Virus record (IMG/VR): IMGVR_UViG_3300033562_000245
Location: 32,001-96,000 of that record
Source: a virus
Reading direction: 5' to 3' (one strand)
DNA length: 64,000 nucleotides
Both the position numbers and the translations under genes were made by a program. This document shows, in pieces, positions 48,077-57,204 of the stretch; position 1 is the first letter of the stretch; every line of letters begins with the position of its first letter. The notes under the pieces were generated by a model that ran no database searches, had not been told where the DNA came from, and saw nothing but the letters and a program-made list of their open reading frames with translations.

Positions 48077-50381
48077 ACCGGAAGCAGAAAACATTATACA
48101 GCTTGAAGATGCCATTGAGCAAGAAGAGATCGATGCTGGCAGCTTCGTGTCAATGAGGATGGCCGAGTTTACTAAAGACCAGCAAAAACACATTCTCCCT
48201 GATTCTAGAGACGGGCTGATGTCTGTGACAAGAAGATTTCTTTGGCAATGTTACGCCTACAGTAATAAATTGACAGGATTTCTGAATATAATCCCAGACA
48301 CAGCTAAGCTCCACAACCATGGTGACACTTCTATACGAAATTCTATAGATGTTCATATGCAACCGTGGAAAACCCCTATAACCCTATTATTCACCGATGG
48401 TAATAAAGGCACTTATTCGGGAGATAATGCTGCAGCCTCTAGATACTTAAGAGGATACGTATCCGACATTGCAATGGATATTTACTTTAACAGAATAAAC
48501 AAAAAAGTAATTCCAATGGAGGATGCTGAGGTTGGTGAGGGTGTAGAGCCTATACACCTAATACCAATAATTCCAGCAGGATTAGTGAATAACGACAAGA
48601 CTATAACACCCGGTCATAAGTTCGTAAACATACCTATCAATATAAATGATATGTGTGAACTTACTCGTGATTATATCGGGTACAAGTCTAAAGGTCATGA
48701 GTATCCGTTAAAAAGAAGATCGGTAACCGATAAATTAGTAAAGTATCTTTTACCTGATATTCCGGCTGCAGGCTTATTGAGAAATTTTAAATTGCTAATG
48801 AAAGAATATAAAGACGGTAATTTTAATTATCCTGTAGTAATAGATGGGGTATTAGAAATAAGTCCAAACAGTATTGTAATAAATACGATACATTCATATT
48901 CTTTAGCAAACAGAAGAAAACTTATAGAATTAAAGGAAATGGTAGACAATAATTCTTTCTTCTCAAAGAATTTTTCTGAGTTCGCCGACATGGCTGATAA
49001 AAATAGTATTTATGGTAAACATACATTTAGTATGAAGAGAGGAGTTGAACCGTTTGTTGTTCTCGATCAACTAAAAGCTTTTTATGGTTTCACTACATCT
49101 ATTCGACCATTTAGAAACTTCCTTAATAGGTACCGTCAACGTCAGGATATGAGCCAATTTGACATCCTCGAAGCCTGGTACGAAGTACGCTATAAGAGTG
49201 TAATTCATCAACTTAAGTTAGAACAGATTGCGGCGATTAACAATGTAAGAAGGTTAAAGGCCCTTATAGTAGCACTTCGTCACTCTAAACAGATATTTGA
49301 GATATTTGATACTTCTGAATCTTTGGACTCTGCCTTAAGATCTATCGTAATGGCTTTTCCAGAACTAACAATGTATCAAGCTCAATATCTTGGGGATATC
49401 AAACATAAAGAATTAACGAAACACAGTAGACAAAGTTTAATGGAAGAAATAGAGAAAGCAGAGAAAGACTTACTCGATATCAACAATAAGTTGAGTAATA
49501 TAGATTCTCTGATATTAGACGAAGTAAATTTCTTTCAAAAAAAATATTGTAAGCAGAATAAAACTAAGACTTTCTTTAAAGGAGTAGATTTAGGCAAGTC
49601 AGAACGGTTTATCAAAGTACCGAACTTTATTTGTGTATGTCAAATAAGAGATATAGGTTACCAACAATGTTTTGATTGGGAAGAAGTTAATGACTGTATC
49701 GTCATAAATCAAAGTAAAGTTGAAGTTCTTATGTATCCCAATAAAGACGTATACAAATATATGATTGATTTAAATCGGGAACGTGTAATAGATGACGTCG
49801 ATCTTGATTTGCCTCAAATATTTGCAGCAAGCAAATTCGAATACGCTGATAAACCTCTGCTTAATACTGTAGTATTAACCGCAAATAAGAAAGTATTTCT
49901 TAAGAAAGGTCTCATACGTAATACTGAATTAGACAGTAAGTATTATTACATCGGAAATAAGTACAGAGCTTTTTATCGGGACGGGTCTATATCTGTTGAA
50001 AACTTCGAAGTTTCAGATAGAAGATTGATAACAGATATAATACATATATCCAATCATACGGACGAACATTGTATAGTAGTATATATATCACCAGTTAAAG
50101 CTGGCTATGTATGTATGGAAAAACTCACCTCAGATAAATTGAACTATTTCGATGTTAAAACTACAGAGATCTTGTATGCCGGATATGACGATGATGTGTT
50201 TTTATCTATACCCAAACACTGTATTAGTAAACTTAAAGATAAGTATTTACTGATAAAGAATATTAAGGGTTTATTTAAAGATAGATCTAAAATAGATTTT
50301 ACATTAGGGAAATATGATTTCAAGAATGTAGAATATAAGAAGTCAAATATCAGGCACATTAACGTATTAGAAATAGTTTAA
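48063..50381 (+). CDS. gyrA: Type IIA topoisomerase (gyrase-like) subunit A
   Basis: LPDSRDGLMSVTRR, HNHGDTSI, GNKGTYSGDNAAASRY (catalytic Tyr), IPAGLVN; divergent C-terminal domain. Confidence 0.88.
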   Translation: MSLLKPEAENIIQLEDAIEQEEIDAGSFVSMRMAEFTKDQQKHILPDSRDGLMSVTRRFLWQCYAYSNKLTGFLNIIPDTAKLHNHGDTSIRNSIDVHMQPWKTPITLLFTDGNKGTYSGDNAAASRYLRGYVSDIAMDIYFNRINKKVIPMEDAEVGEGVEPIHLIPIIPAGLVNNDKTITPGHKFVNIPININDMCELTRDYIGYKSKGHEYPLKRRSVTDKLVKYLLPDIPAAGLLRNFKLLMKEYKDGNFNYPVVIDGVLEISPNSIVINTIHSYSLANRRKLIELKEMVDNNSFFSKNFSEFADMADKNSIYGKHTFSMKRGVEPFVVLDQLKAFYGFTTSIRPFRNFLNRYRQRQDMSQFDILEAWYEVRYKSVIHQLKLEQIAAINNVRRLKALIVALRHSKQIFEIFDTSESLDSALRSIVMAFPELTMYQAQYLGDIKHKELTKHSRQSLMEEIEKAEKDLLDINNKLSNIDSLILDEVNFFQKKYCKQNKTKTFFKGVDLGKSERFIKVPNFICVCQIRDIGYQQCFDWEEVNDCIVINQSKVEVLMYPNKDVYKYMIDLNRERVIDDVDLDLPQIFAASKFEYADKPLLNTVVLTANKKVFLKKGLIRNTELDSKYYYIGNKYRAFYRDGSISVENFEVSDRRLITDIIHISNHTDEHCIVVYISPVKAGYVCMEKLTSDKLNYFDVKTTEILYAGYDDDVFLSIPKHCISKLKDKYLLIKNIKGLFKDRSKIDFTLGKYDFKNVEYKKSNIRHINVLEIV

Positions 50382-50383
50382 CC

Positions 50384-50407
50384 GAGAGGGGCCATCAGGC
50401 CCCTCTC
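50384..50407. terminator. Terminator-like hairpin
   Basis: gagaggggcc/ggcccctctc. Confidence 0.65.
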
Positions 50408-50438
50408 TATACTATTAATATATTTTTTGTAAGGTATC

Positions 50439-51125
50439 TTGACAATGGCAAAATTAACAGCGTCGGAAAAGAGAAAAAAGATAGAGAACCGAGTTTTAAC
50501 GGCCATGTCTATAGCCGACAAAACAAAGAAAAACTATAATAGATATAAAGCTATGTTTGAAGCTATGAACGATAAAGATTTTAGCGGATTTATGGATGAC
50601 ATAGTTAAAGGAGATTATCAATTATATTATCAATCGCCCAATATGAATAACAATCCAATGGTAATGAGCGATCTCATAGCAGCTGCTGAATATTTAAATT
50701 TAAAACTAATGCACCATTTGATCATACATGATAAAGCAACAGATAAAGAATTTATAACCCCAGAAGAATACTTAGTAATTAAAGCTCCTGTAAGAAGAGC
50801 CCAGCAGTATTTTAATAAGAAAATTAGCGTACCTAAATCAGATACTAAAGTTGACTTTATGTCGGGCCAGGTTACCGGGGAATCAAGAGCAGCAAATATG
50901 TCAACACCAGAAATATTGATTCTCAATCAGCGAGGGTTAAAAGAAACAGCCAAAGAACTTGTAAAAGTTAGAGGTGGTGACTTAACAGCTTATAACGAAT
51001 TTGAAAGAACTTGTGTCGAAACAGGATCTGTATCATTGGATGCGTTAGACCCTAATTCGAAATCTGTTTCGGCAGATACATTAAAGATATTACTTAAAGG
51101 AATTATGATTGACTCAAATATTTGA
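50439..51125 (+). CDS. rpoB: Virion RNA polymerase beta C-terminal subunit (phiKZ gp149-like)
   Basis: RRAQQ...KISVP...VDFMSGQVTGESRAANMSTPEILIL...ELVKVRGGD corresponds to the beta C-terminal conserved region; length near gp149. Confidence 0.8.
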   Translation: MTMAKLTASEKRKKIENRVLTAMSIADKTKKNYNRYKAMFEAMNDKDFSGFMDDIVKGDYQLYYQSPNMNNNPMVMSDLIAAAEYLNLKLMHHLIIHDKATDKEFITPEEYLVIKAPVRRAQQYFNKKISVPKSDTKVDFMSGQVTGESRAANMSTPEILILNQRGLKETAKELVKVRGGDLTAYNEFERTCVETGSVSLDALDPNSKSVSADTLKILLKGIMIDSNI

Positions 51126-51180
51126 GCCGGCATATAAGATCGATAGTAATATATAATCGATTAACATAGGAGAATTTATT

Positions 51181-52122
51181 ATGGTGGCAGATTTAGTACC
51201 TAGTAGAATGAAAGGATGTGCTGTTTACGAATCTAATTCAGCTCCAGTCCCTGTAGAAGCGTATAAAAAACCGGCATGGGGGAAAAGTGCAGAAACGTAT
51301 CTGAAGGATGCATCTAATAAAGTAGGCGAGTCAGTAAAGGCGATAACCAGGACAGCCAAAGTAGCGACGGCTACAGTTATAAGTAAACTAACTAATAATA
51401 AATTTGTTAGTTTTATAAAAAATTTAGCAGGTAAATTAAAATCTGCCTTTATGATGGTAGCTAATGCAGTTTCTTGGATTGTAGGTGTTGCCAAGTCCGT
51501 TGTGAAAATGATAAGTGATACTGTTAAGGCGGTTCACGATTTGTCGGCAACACTGGTTGCTTTGATAAAGCAAAGCGGAATATGGCAACTAGCTAACTCA
51601 TTATGCGGAGGTCTGGATCTTTCTGGTATTGCAGCTAGTATTGCTAGTATTCAGACTCAAATGGATTTTGATAAAGTATTAGATTTTGCTCTTGAGGGTC
51701 TAGATAGTTCTCTTCTGGGCAATATAAAAAATTGTCAGTTGTTTACTCCCGGCAGTGTAGATAAATTAAAAGCGGCTCTTAAAAATGTTTTCTCAGAGTC
51801 TAATTTTATAATGCTTGATTGTATGAAAGATGTTGCCGGCTTCAGCGACGACCCTAGTATAAATAGAAAACTAAGAGGTGCTGCTAAATTCATGTCTGAC
51901 GATTCTTTAAATGCCGACGCATTAAACAATATCGCAGAGTGGATGGATACTACAAATGATTTTATGTTTCTTGTTGAAAATAATGATAGATTCCCTACAA
52001 AGAAAGTTTATGATCTAGCAGGCACTGAAGATTTAGTTACTTCTGTTCCAAAATACTGTGAGGCGGTACTCGGTACCATTGATGCTCGTATGTTAAAGGC
52101 CACAGCCGCATATATAGGATAA
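51181..52122 (+). CDS. Hypothetical (possibly structural) protein
   Basis: 313-aa Ala/Val-rich helical ORF, RBS AGGAG. Confidence 0.6.
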   Translation: MVADLVPSRMKGCAVYESNSAPVPVEAYKKPAWGKSAETYLKDASNKVGESVKAITRTAKVATATVISKLTNNKFVSFIKNLAGKLKSAFMMVANAVSWIVGVAKSVVKMISDTVKAVHDLSATLVALIKQSGIWQLANSLCGGLDLSGIAASIASIQTQMDFDKVLDFALEGLDSSLLGNIKNCQLFTPGSVDKLKAALKNVFSESNFIMLDCMKDVAGFSDDPSINRKLRGAAKFMSDDSLNADALNNIAEWMDTTNDFMFLVENNDRFPTKKVYDLAGTEDLVTSVPKYCEAVLGTIDARMLKATAAYIG

Positions 52123-52134
52123 TATAGAACAACA

Positions 52135-52159
52135 GACCTGCGGCTAAACGCCGCAGGTC
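52135..52159. terminator. Terminator-like hairpin
   Basis: gacctgcggc/gccgcaggtc. Confidence 0.65.
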
Positions 52160-52256
52160 ACCTACATAAAATTTTAAGTATTATCACAATTATTTAATAT
52201 AGTTGTTTTGTTGTATCGAGTAACACGCAGCCACAATTACCATACCGAGTTTATGT

Positions 52257-52277
52257 ATATATTACCTAAGTAGAACT
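52257..52277 (+). promoter_or_regulatory. Promoter-like element containing TATATTAC upstream of the gp67/gp68-like operon
   Basis: Identical 21-mer at 42625; early expression of nvRNAP genes fits phiKZ biology. Confidence 0.6.
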
Positions 52278-52352
52278 TAGGCAAAAAATCAAGGTAATTT
52301 CTAATTACCTAGCACAAATTATAATTAAAATATACACATAAAGAGGTGGGTA

Positions 52353-53510
52353 ATGGGATATAGAAAATCAGACTGTGAAAAATATTTTATATCGGATGCT
52401 CATCATTCAGGTCCGATATCTACAACAACGAATGGTTTTTATTTTGAAATGCTTGTTTATAATAATACCGGTTTTCCGATAGGTATCGTAGATAAGCATA
52501 ACGGTAAACATAAAGTAGCAAATATTAAAGGTGTGGGTCGAAATGATGTTGTAACAGTAATATATCGCCGGGCTATAAATGTAAGCCGAAAACAACATTC
52601 ACAGGATATCCCTATTCCGACCGTAACAATCGAGATTCCTTATTCGATTCTATTAAACGAACCCGTCTACGTTAAAGAGGTTGATCTTTTATTTTGTAAC
52701 GAAGGATCTCTTGACGGTTTCAATCATCCGCACAAAGCAGCAGGGCTGGATGAGATATTAGACGAATATTTTAAGAAGATCCAGAACGGTCTAAAGGTCC
52801 CTACTATAAAGGTATACGGTAACGATACAACAGGGAAAATAAAGAATGCTAGTATGTATATCTTCAATTCTTTTTGTAACGTATCGTTTACTAAATGGGA
52901 AAATAGTGAGGATTGTGTAACCATCGTATTTCCTGACCAAAAAGGTAATCATTCTCATTATAAAATACCTCTTGACACTGTTATTAAATCAGATGGGAAA
53001 TTAACAGTACAAACAAAAGACGGCAATTTCGATTTATATCTTGCCCTAGAAAGAAATACCATTAAAACTTATCTAGAAAAAGAAGAACGGGAAAAGAGTT
53101 CTTTAGAAGAAATTCTTAAGGAAGAAAAGTTTAAGTTGGTAGAAGAAAATAAAAAGTATAAGAAAAAGATTGAGGATTCTGTAAGAGAAGAGTTTAGAAC
53201 AAAAACTGTTGAACTAGAAAAAGAAATTCAAGATCTTAAAGAAGCAAACGAGAAAAAGATAAAGGACTTACAAACTATTATTGAGCTTCAAAACATTACT
53301 ATAGAAGCGAAACGAATCCAAGCCAAAGAAGAGAAAGAAGAATTTGATAGAGACGAGGCCAAAAAAGATAGAAAATCTTCAGAGAAAACTAGAAAAAAGA
53401 AAGAGTATAGCTCATCTTTGGACAAATGGTTCACGATCCTAAAAATAGTAGCATCTGTTACTTTAGCCGTAATAGGATACTTCGCCGGAAAGAAAACAAA
53501 GTTTGCATGA
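52353..53510 (+). CDS. Coiled-coil protein with C-terminal TM helix (phiKZ gp67-like by synteny)
   Basis: K/E-rich heptads in the C-terminal third; WFTILKIVASVTLAVIGYFAG. Confidence 0.55.
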   Translation: MGYRKSDCEKYFISDAHHSGPISTTTNGFYFEMLVYNNTGFPIGIVDKHNGKHKVANIKGVGRNDVVTVIYRRAINVSRKQHSQDIPIPTVTIEIPYSILLNEPVYVKEVDLLFCNEGSLDGFNHPHKAAGLDEILDEYFKKIQNGLKVPTIKVYGNDTTGKIKNASMYIFNSFCNVSFTKWENSEDCVTIVFPDQKGNHSHYKIPLDTVIKSDGKLTVQTKDGNFDLYLALERNTIKTYLEKEEREKSSLEEILKEEKFKLVEENKKYKKKIEDSVREEFRTKTVELEKEIQDLKEANEKKIKDLQTIIELQNITIEAKRIQAKEEKEEFDRDEAKKDRKSSEKTRKKKEYSSSLDKWFTILKIVASVTLAVIGYFAGKKTKFA

Positions 53511-53528
53511 TAGAACAAGGGGGATGTT

Positions 53529-53753
53529 ATGTTATTTTCCAAGGCTTATTTAAAAGAAAAAGAAGAATTAACGGAAGATATGAATAGGTGTAAATCCGGA
53601 TTGGAGAGGGCGAAAATACTCAACGAAATAGATATCGCTGTGGACTATCAAAGGATGATTTGTTCTTATGAAGCAATATTAGAAAATCTTGAAAGAATGA
53701 ATAAAAACATGGTCGGTCGACTCATTTACACTTTCGTTACTCGGGGAGAATAA
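53529..53753 (+). CDS. Hypothetical protein
   Basis: 74-aa ORF with RBS. Confidence 0.5.
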   Translation: MLFSKAYLKEKEELTEDMNRCKSGLERAKILNEIDIAVDYQRMICSYEAILENLERMNKNMVGRLIYTFVTRGE

Positions 53754-53754
53754 C

Positions 53755-55329
53755 ATGTCGTTAATGACGCAAATGCTAAACAGTTGTTCCGATGATTTAA
53801 AGGATCTGAACTATGATTTTCTATTAAAATATAGAAAGGAGAAGTTTGAGTACATTAAATTAAACATCGAAAATATCTTTAAAGAAGCTCTCCAGCTACT
53901 AGAGCCTTACGGATTTAAGTATCGTCGATGCGTAGACCTAACGCCGGACGAAACTTTAGATTTTATTATCGGCAAGTTTAATAAGTACAACAAGAATAAG
54001 GACAAGTATTTTGAAGTACATGTTAATACCCTGAGGTTAGTCAAGTACGAATTTATATTTCAAAATACTGTGGTAGAAACTTACATAAGTGTGCCGTATC
54101 TTAAGGATCATAAAATAAGTTACGGTGGCGTTAGCTACTATCCAGATCTCCCAATACTGGAAAAATGTACACATGTAAATAAAGGCGCAGGACTTGTACT
54201 TGTAAAAGTATCTAGAGCTCCGTTGATGTTTTGGAAAACCATGGAAAGATCTTTTGTTGACATACATAAGAATATCTTCCATGAAATAATTATAACTACC
54301 AAAATTCACACAGGTATGCCGAAAAATAAAGCTAAGCTACTTCCTTTGCTGGTTTACCATTTGGTTGAAGGATGGGAAAAAGCGACCAGTAGGTACGGAT
54401 TCAAACAAGACGAAATCGACTTCGTACTTGCCGATAAGGTATCTATGGACGATCTTTATTACTTATACTTTAGAATAAATGACAGCATATTCATGAAGAT
54501 AAGTAAAGAGTCTTTTCTTAAAGATATCAACAAGAAGAGATTTGTTTTCAGTGTTTTGGTTTTGCTTGAGAAATTTAATATTAACTACAGCATTGAAACA
54601 TTGAAAGATCCGAACGCAATAATTTGGTTTCTTATCCTTGGGAAGTATACCTACGCCAATGAGGACATGAAAGACAATAACCACGTAGTTGTAGACTCGG
54701 CTAAAGATCATGTTCTTACAAATAGAACCATGATGGACGGCGTTACTCGTAAAGCCTTTAAGAAAATAAACATAGAGTTTGGGGACTTTCCTGACTTTCT
54801 GTATAAGGTGTTTACTAACATTGACGAATGGTTTAGTTCGTACGACCCGGCCGATCTTTATGATAAACGAATAGTGTATGCGTCTATATTTTCAGTTATA
54901 GATAGGAAAATCTATACGAAGGTGTATCAAACACTAAAGGCTATTAAAAAGAACAATGGAGCCATGGACATTAAGATGGCTGAAAAGTTTAGATACAATG
55001 GTGTGTCTGGGGACACTTGGTATGTGGCATCGTCTATATTCCAATCGAATCCTATGAGATACAACAGTAATGACGGACTAGGAGTCTTGAATCATAGATT
55101 TTTATCTATTAATTCAGACGAAGCTGGGGGGACGAAGAAAACTAGACATACACCTATGGACGTTCAGTTAGCCCACCCTAGTAGATTGGCCGTTGTTGCC
55201 GCAACAACAGTACCGGCATCAAGCCCCATAGTTTCAGGGTCTATAAACGCTTTTCTAAATGTAGATAGCGATGGAAATTTGATCATTCCCGACGACATTA
55301 AAGAGTATTTGAAGAACGTTTACCAATAA
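53755..55329 (+). CDS. Non-virion RNAP specificity (sigma-like fifth) subunit, phiKZ gp68-like
   Basis: 524 aa; LVKYEFIF...YISVPYL, DLYDKRI and HPSRLAV...SPIVSGSINAFLNVDSDG segments resemble recalled gp68 homologs. Confidence 0.65.
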   Translation: MSLMTQMLNSCSDDLKDLNYDFLLKYRKEKFEYIKLNIENIFKEALQLLEPYGFKYRRCVDLTPDETLDFIIGKFNKYNKNKDKYFEVHVNTLRLVKYEFIFQNTVVETYISVPYLKDHKISYGGVSYYPDLPILEKCTHVNKGAGLVLVKVSRAPLMFWKTMERSFVDIHKNIFHEIIITTKIHTGMPKNKAKLLPLLVYHLVEGWEKATSRYGFKQDEIDFVLADKVSMDDLYYLYFRINDSIFMKISKESFLKDINKKRFVFSVLVLLEKFNINYSIETLKDPNAIIWFLILGKYTYANEDMKDNNHVVVDSAKDHVLTNRTMMDGVTRKAFKKINIEFGDFPDFLYKVFTNIDEWFSSYDPADLYDKRIVYASIFSVIDRKIYTKVYQTLKAIKKNNGAMDIKMAEKFRYNGVSGDTWYVASSIFQSNPMRYNSNDGLGVLNHRFLSINSDEAGGTKKTRHTPMDVQLAHPSRLAVVAATTVPASSPIVSGSINAFLNVDSDGNLIIPDDIKEYLKNVYQ

Positions 55330-55420
55330 CTTGCTTTATAGTTTATCGGAAAAATTATAACGCGTTGAGTAACAATATAACCAGGCTTTTAACTTGTTAA
55401 AAGCTAACTAGGAGATAAAA

Positions 55421-56935
55421 ATGCATAACGTTATTAAAGCGAAAATGATGCAGGCGATGAATATCGCTTTGTTTCAATCACCTCAGTTCGGGCATTTAGA
55501 TGCCAATCTAAAGTCACGAGTCTATCAAGCATTTATGGCAGATGCTGATACGCTGATTCAACAGACTATTATCCCTAAACATATACAACAAGGTTTAGAC
55601 GATAACATGATCAACAACTATGCTATCATGTATATCAATGAAGCGGTAAAGATTCTGACTCAACAGAACCAATTCAATATCGGCAATATGTATCAGCAAC
55701 AGGGTATGTTTAATTCGGCACAGCAGATCCCTGGCGGACAGTACCAGGTAGCCCAATTTCAAAACATGTTCAACTCACCGATACCGCAGTCTGTACAGTG
55801 CGCGAATCAAATGATGCCAGCGCCTCAGCAAACATTTCAAAATCCGTCAAACAAAGGAGCAGAAAAAATGGTCGTAGTAGAAGATGTCAGCTCATGGGAA
55901 CTTGGTGATTCTGAATCAGTAGTAGTCGACAATCAGATTGTTAGAATTACACGAGTTCCTGCCGAAGTTAACGGAGAGAAAGTGTTTGTTGGCGACGCCA
56001 TTGTAAAATGTTGTGTGTCGGGATACAACGAAGCAATTAAAATCGTTGCCCCTTATATCAAAACTAAGAAGCGTCTGTTGAATATCGATTACATTCAATC
56101 GATCCCTGTTGCAATTGACAATACAATATTTTCTGCCTTGAGAAACGAATATAACTCAAGACTGGAAATACTGGGAGGTCTTCCGACCGTGTCGTCCATG
56201 AAGAAGTTGTTCGATGTTCTATTCGATTTCATGGGAGGCATGTCAGCCAAACAAGCCGAAGAACTAGAACGATATTTTATGTCTATTCTTAGGCCCCTTA
56301 TCAGAAGTACAATTATCCATCCTGATAAACTGCGACAATCAATTATCACCGAAAATCTCAAAGATGTATATGAACTTCTTGATGACATTGAGACTAGAGG
56401 ATATTTTTCGGATTGTGATTTTTATGATAATGTATTGATCATAGTTCTTATGAAAGGACTGATCGATTCTATCGATGCCAACAATTCGTTACTAACGGTC
56501 GACCACCTTGGCTCCAGGTTGGATATGATCAGATCAATGTACCATCATAAAGTAATCAATACAAATCTAGATAGCCAGTATTTCTTTGTATCGGAAGAGG
56601 ACGCGGTGAAAGATCTTACTCTCAAGAATAAGTATATTGAAGTATGGGATGCTCTCAATAAACTTGTTGTTTGTTACACAACATCGGGCGTCATTTACTC
56701 AAATATCGTTCCGAGTGATATGCAGTATAAATGCGGCGAACCTGGGTTTGAACCGTACGCTTTCACAGAACCGAAGAATATCATAGAAGGACTAATTTCA
56801 CGTACACATCCAAATACATATTATCGGAAAAATAATATCGTATTGGAATTTTCCAAATTTAAGAAGATCGATTGCGTTTACGGTAGAATTTTGGATAAAT
56901 CTGTTAGAATTGCCGCAAATGAAATCGAGTACTAG
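55421..56935 (+). CDS. Hypothetical protein with Q/N/P-rich segment (in the phiKZ gp69/PicA position)
   Basis: 504 aa, directly after the gp68-like gene; identity inferred from synteny only. Confidence 0.35.
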   Translation: MHNVIKAKMMQAMNIALFQSPQFGHLDANLKSRVYQAFMADADTLIQQTIIPKHIQQGLDDNMINNYAIMYINEAVKILTQQNQFNIGNMYQQQGMFNSAQQIPGGQYQVAQFQNMFNSPIPQSVQCANQMMPAPQQTFQNPSNKGAEKMVVVEDVSSWELGDSESVVVDNQIVRITRVPAEVNGEKVFVGDAIVKCCVSGYNEAIKIVAPYIKTKKRLLNIDYIQSIPVAIDNTIFSALRNEYNSRLEILGGLPTVSSMKKLFDVLFDFMGGMSAKQAEELERYFMSILRPLIRSTIIHPDKLRQSIITENLKDVYELLDDIETRGYFSDCDFYDNVLIIVLMKGLIDSIDANNSLLTVDHLGSRLDMIRSMYHHKVINTNLDSQYFFVSEEDAVKDLTLKNKYIEVWDALNKLVVCYTTSGVIYSNIVPSDMQYKCGEPGFEPYAFTEPKNIIEGLISRTHPNTYYRKNNIVLEFSKFKKIDCVYGRILDKSVRIAANEIEY

Positions 56936-56962
56936 ATTTAAATAATTAATACGTATTAGTTA

Positions 56963-56988
56963 ACCCACCGGATGCGCATCCGGTGGGT
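56963..56988. terminator. 26-bp perfect palindrome, terminator-like
   Basis: acccaccggatgc|gcatccggtgggt. Confidence 0.65.
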
Positions 56989-57194
56989 ATTATAAATTAT
57001 TAATAAAAGGATTTTAAAATGGATATTAAAGATATTTTCAAAGGATTTTGCATTTTTATGCACAAAAAGAACATATAAAAAAATAAGTTATCTTTAAATA
57101 GTTTAAAAGTAATAAGACCAACACACTTAATTTTGCACATTGATTAAAGTAACGATAGAAGCTCGTTATTTGAGGATCATTGTATTGATAGGTC

Positions 57195-57202
57195 TATATT
57201 AC
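57195..57202 (+). promoter_or_regulatory. TATATTAC motif upstream of the candidate ncRNA
   Basis: Exact motif; the 14-mer is shared with 9643-9656. Confidence 0.5.
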
Positions 57203-57204
57203 CT

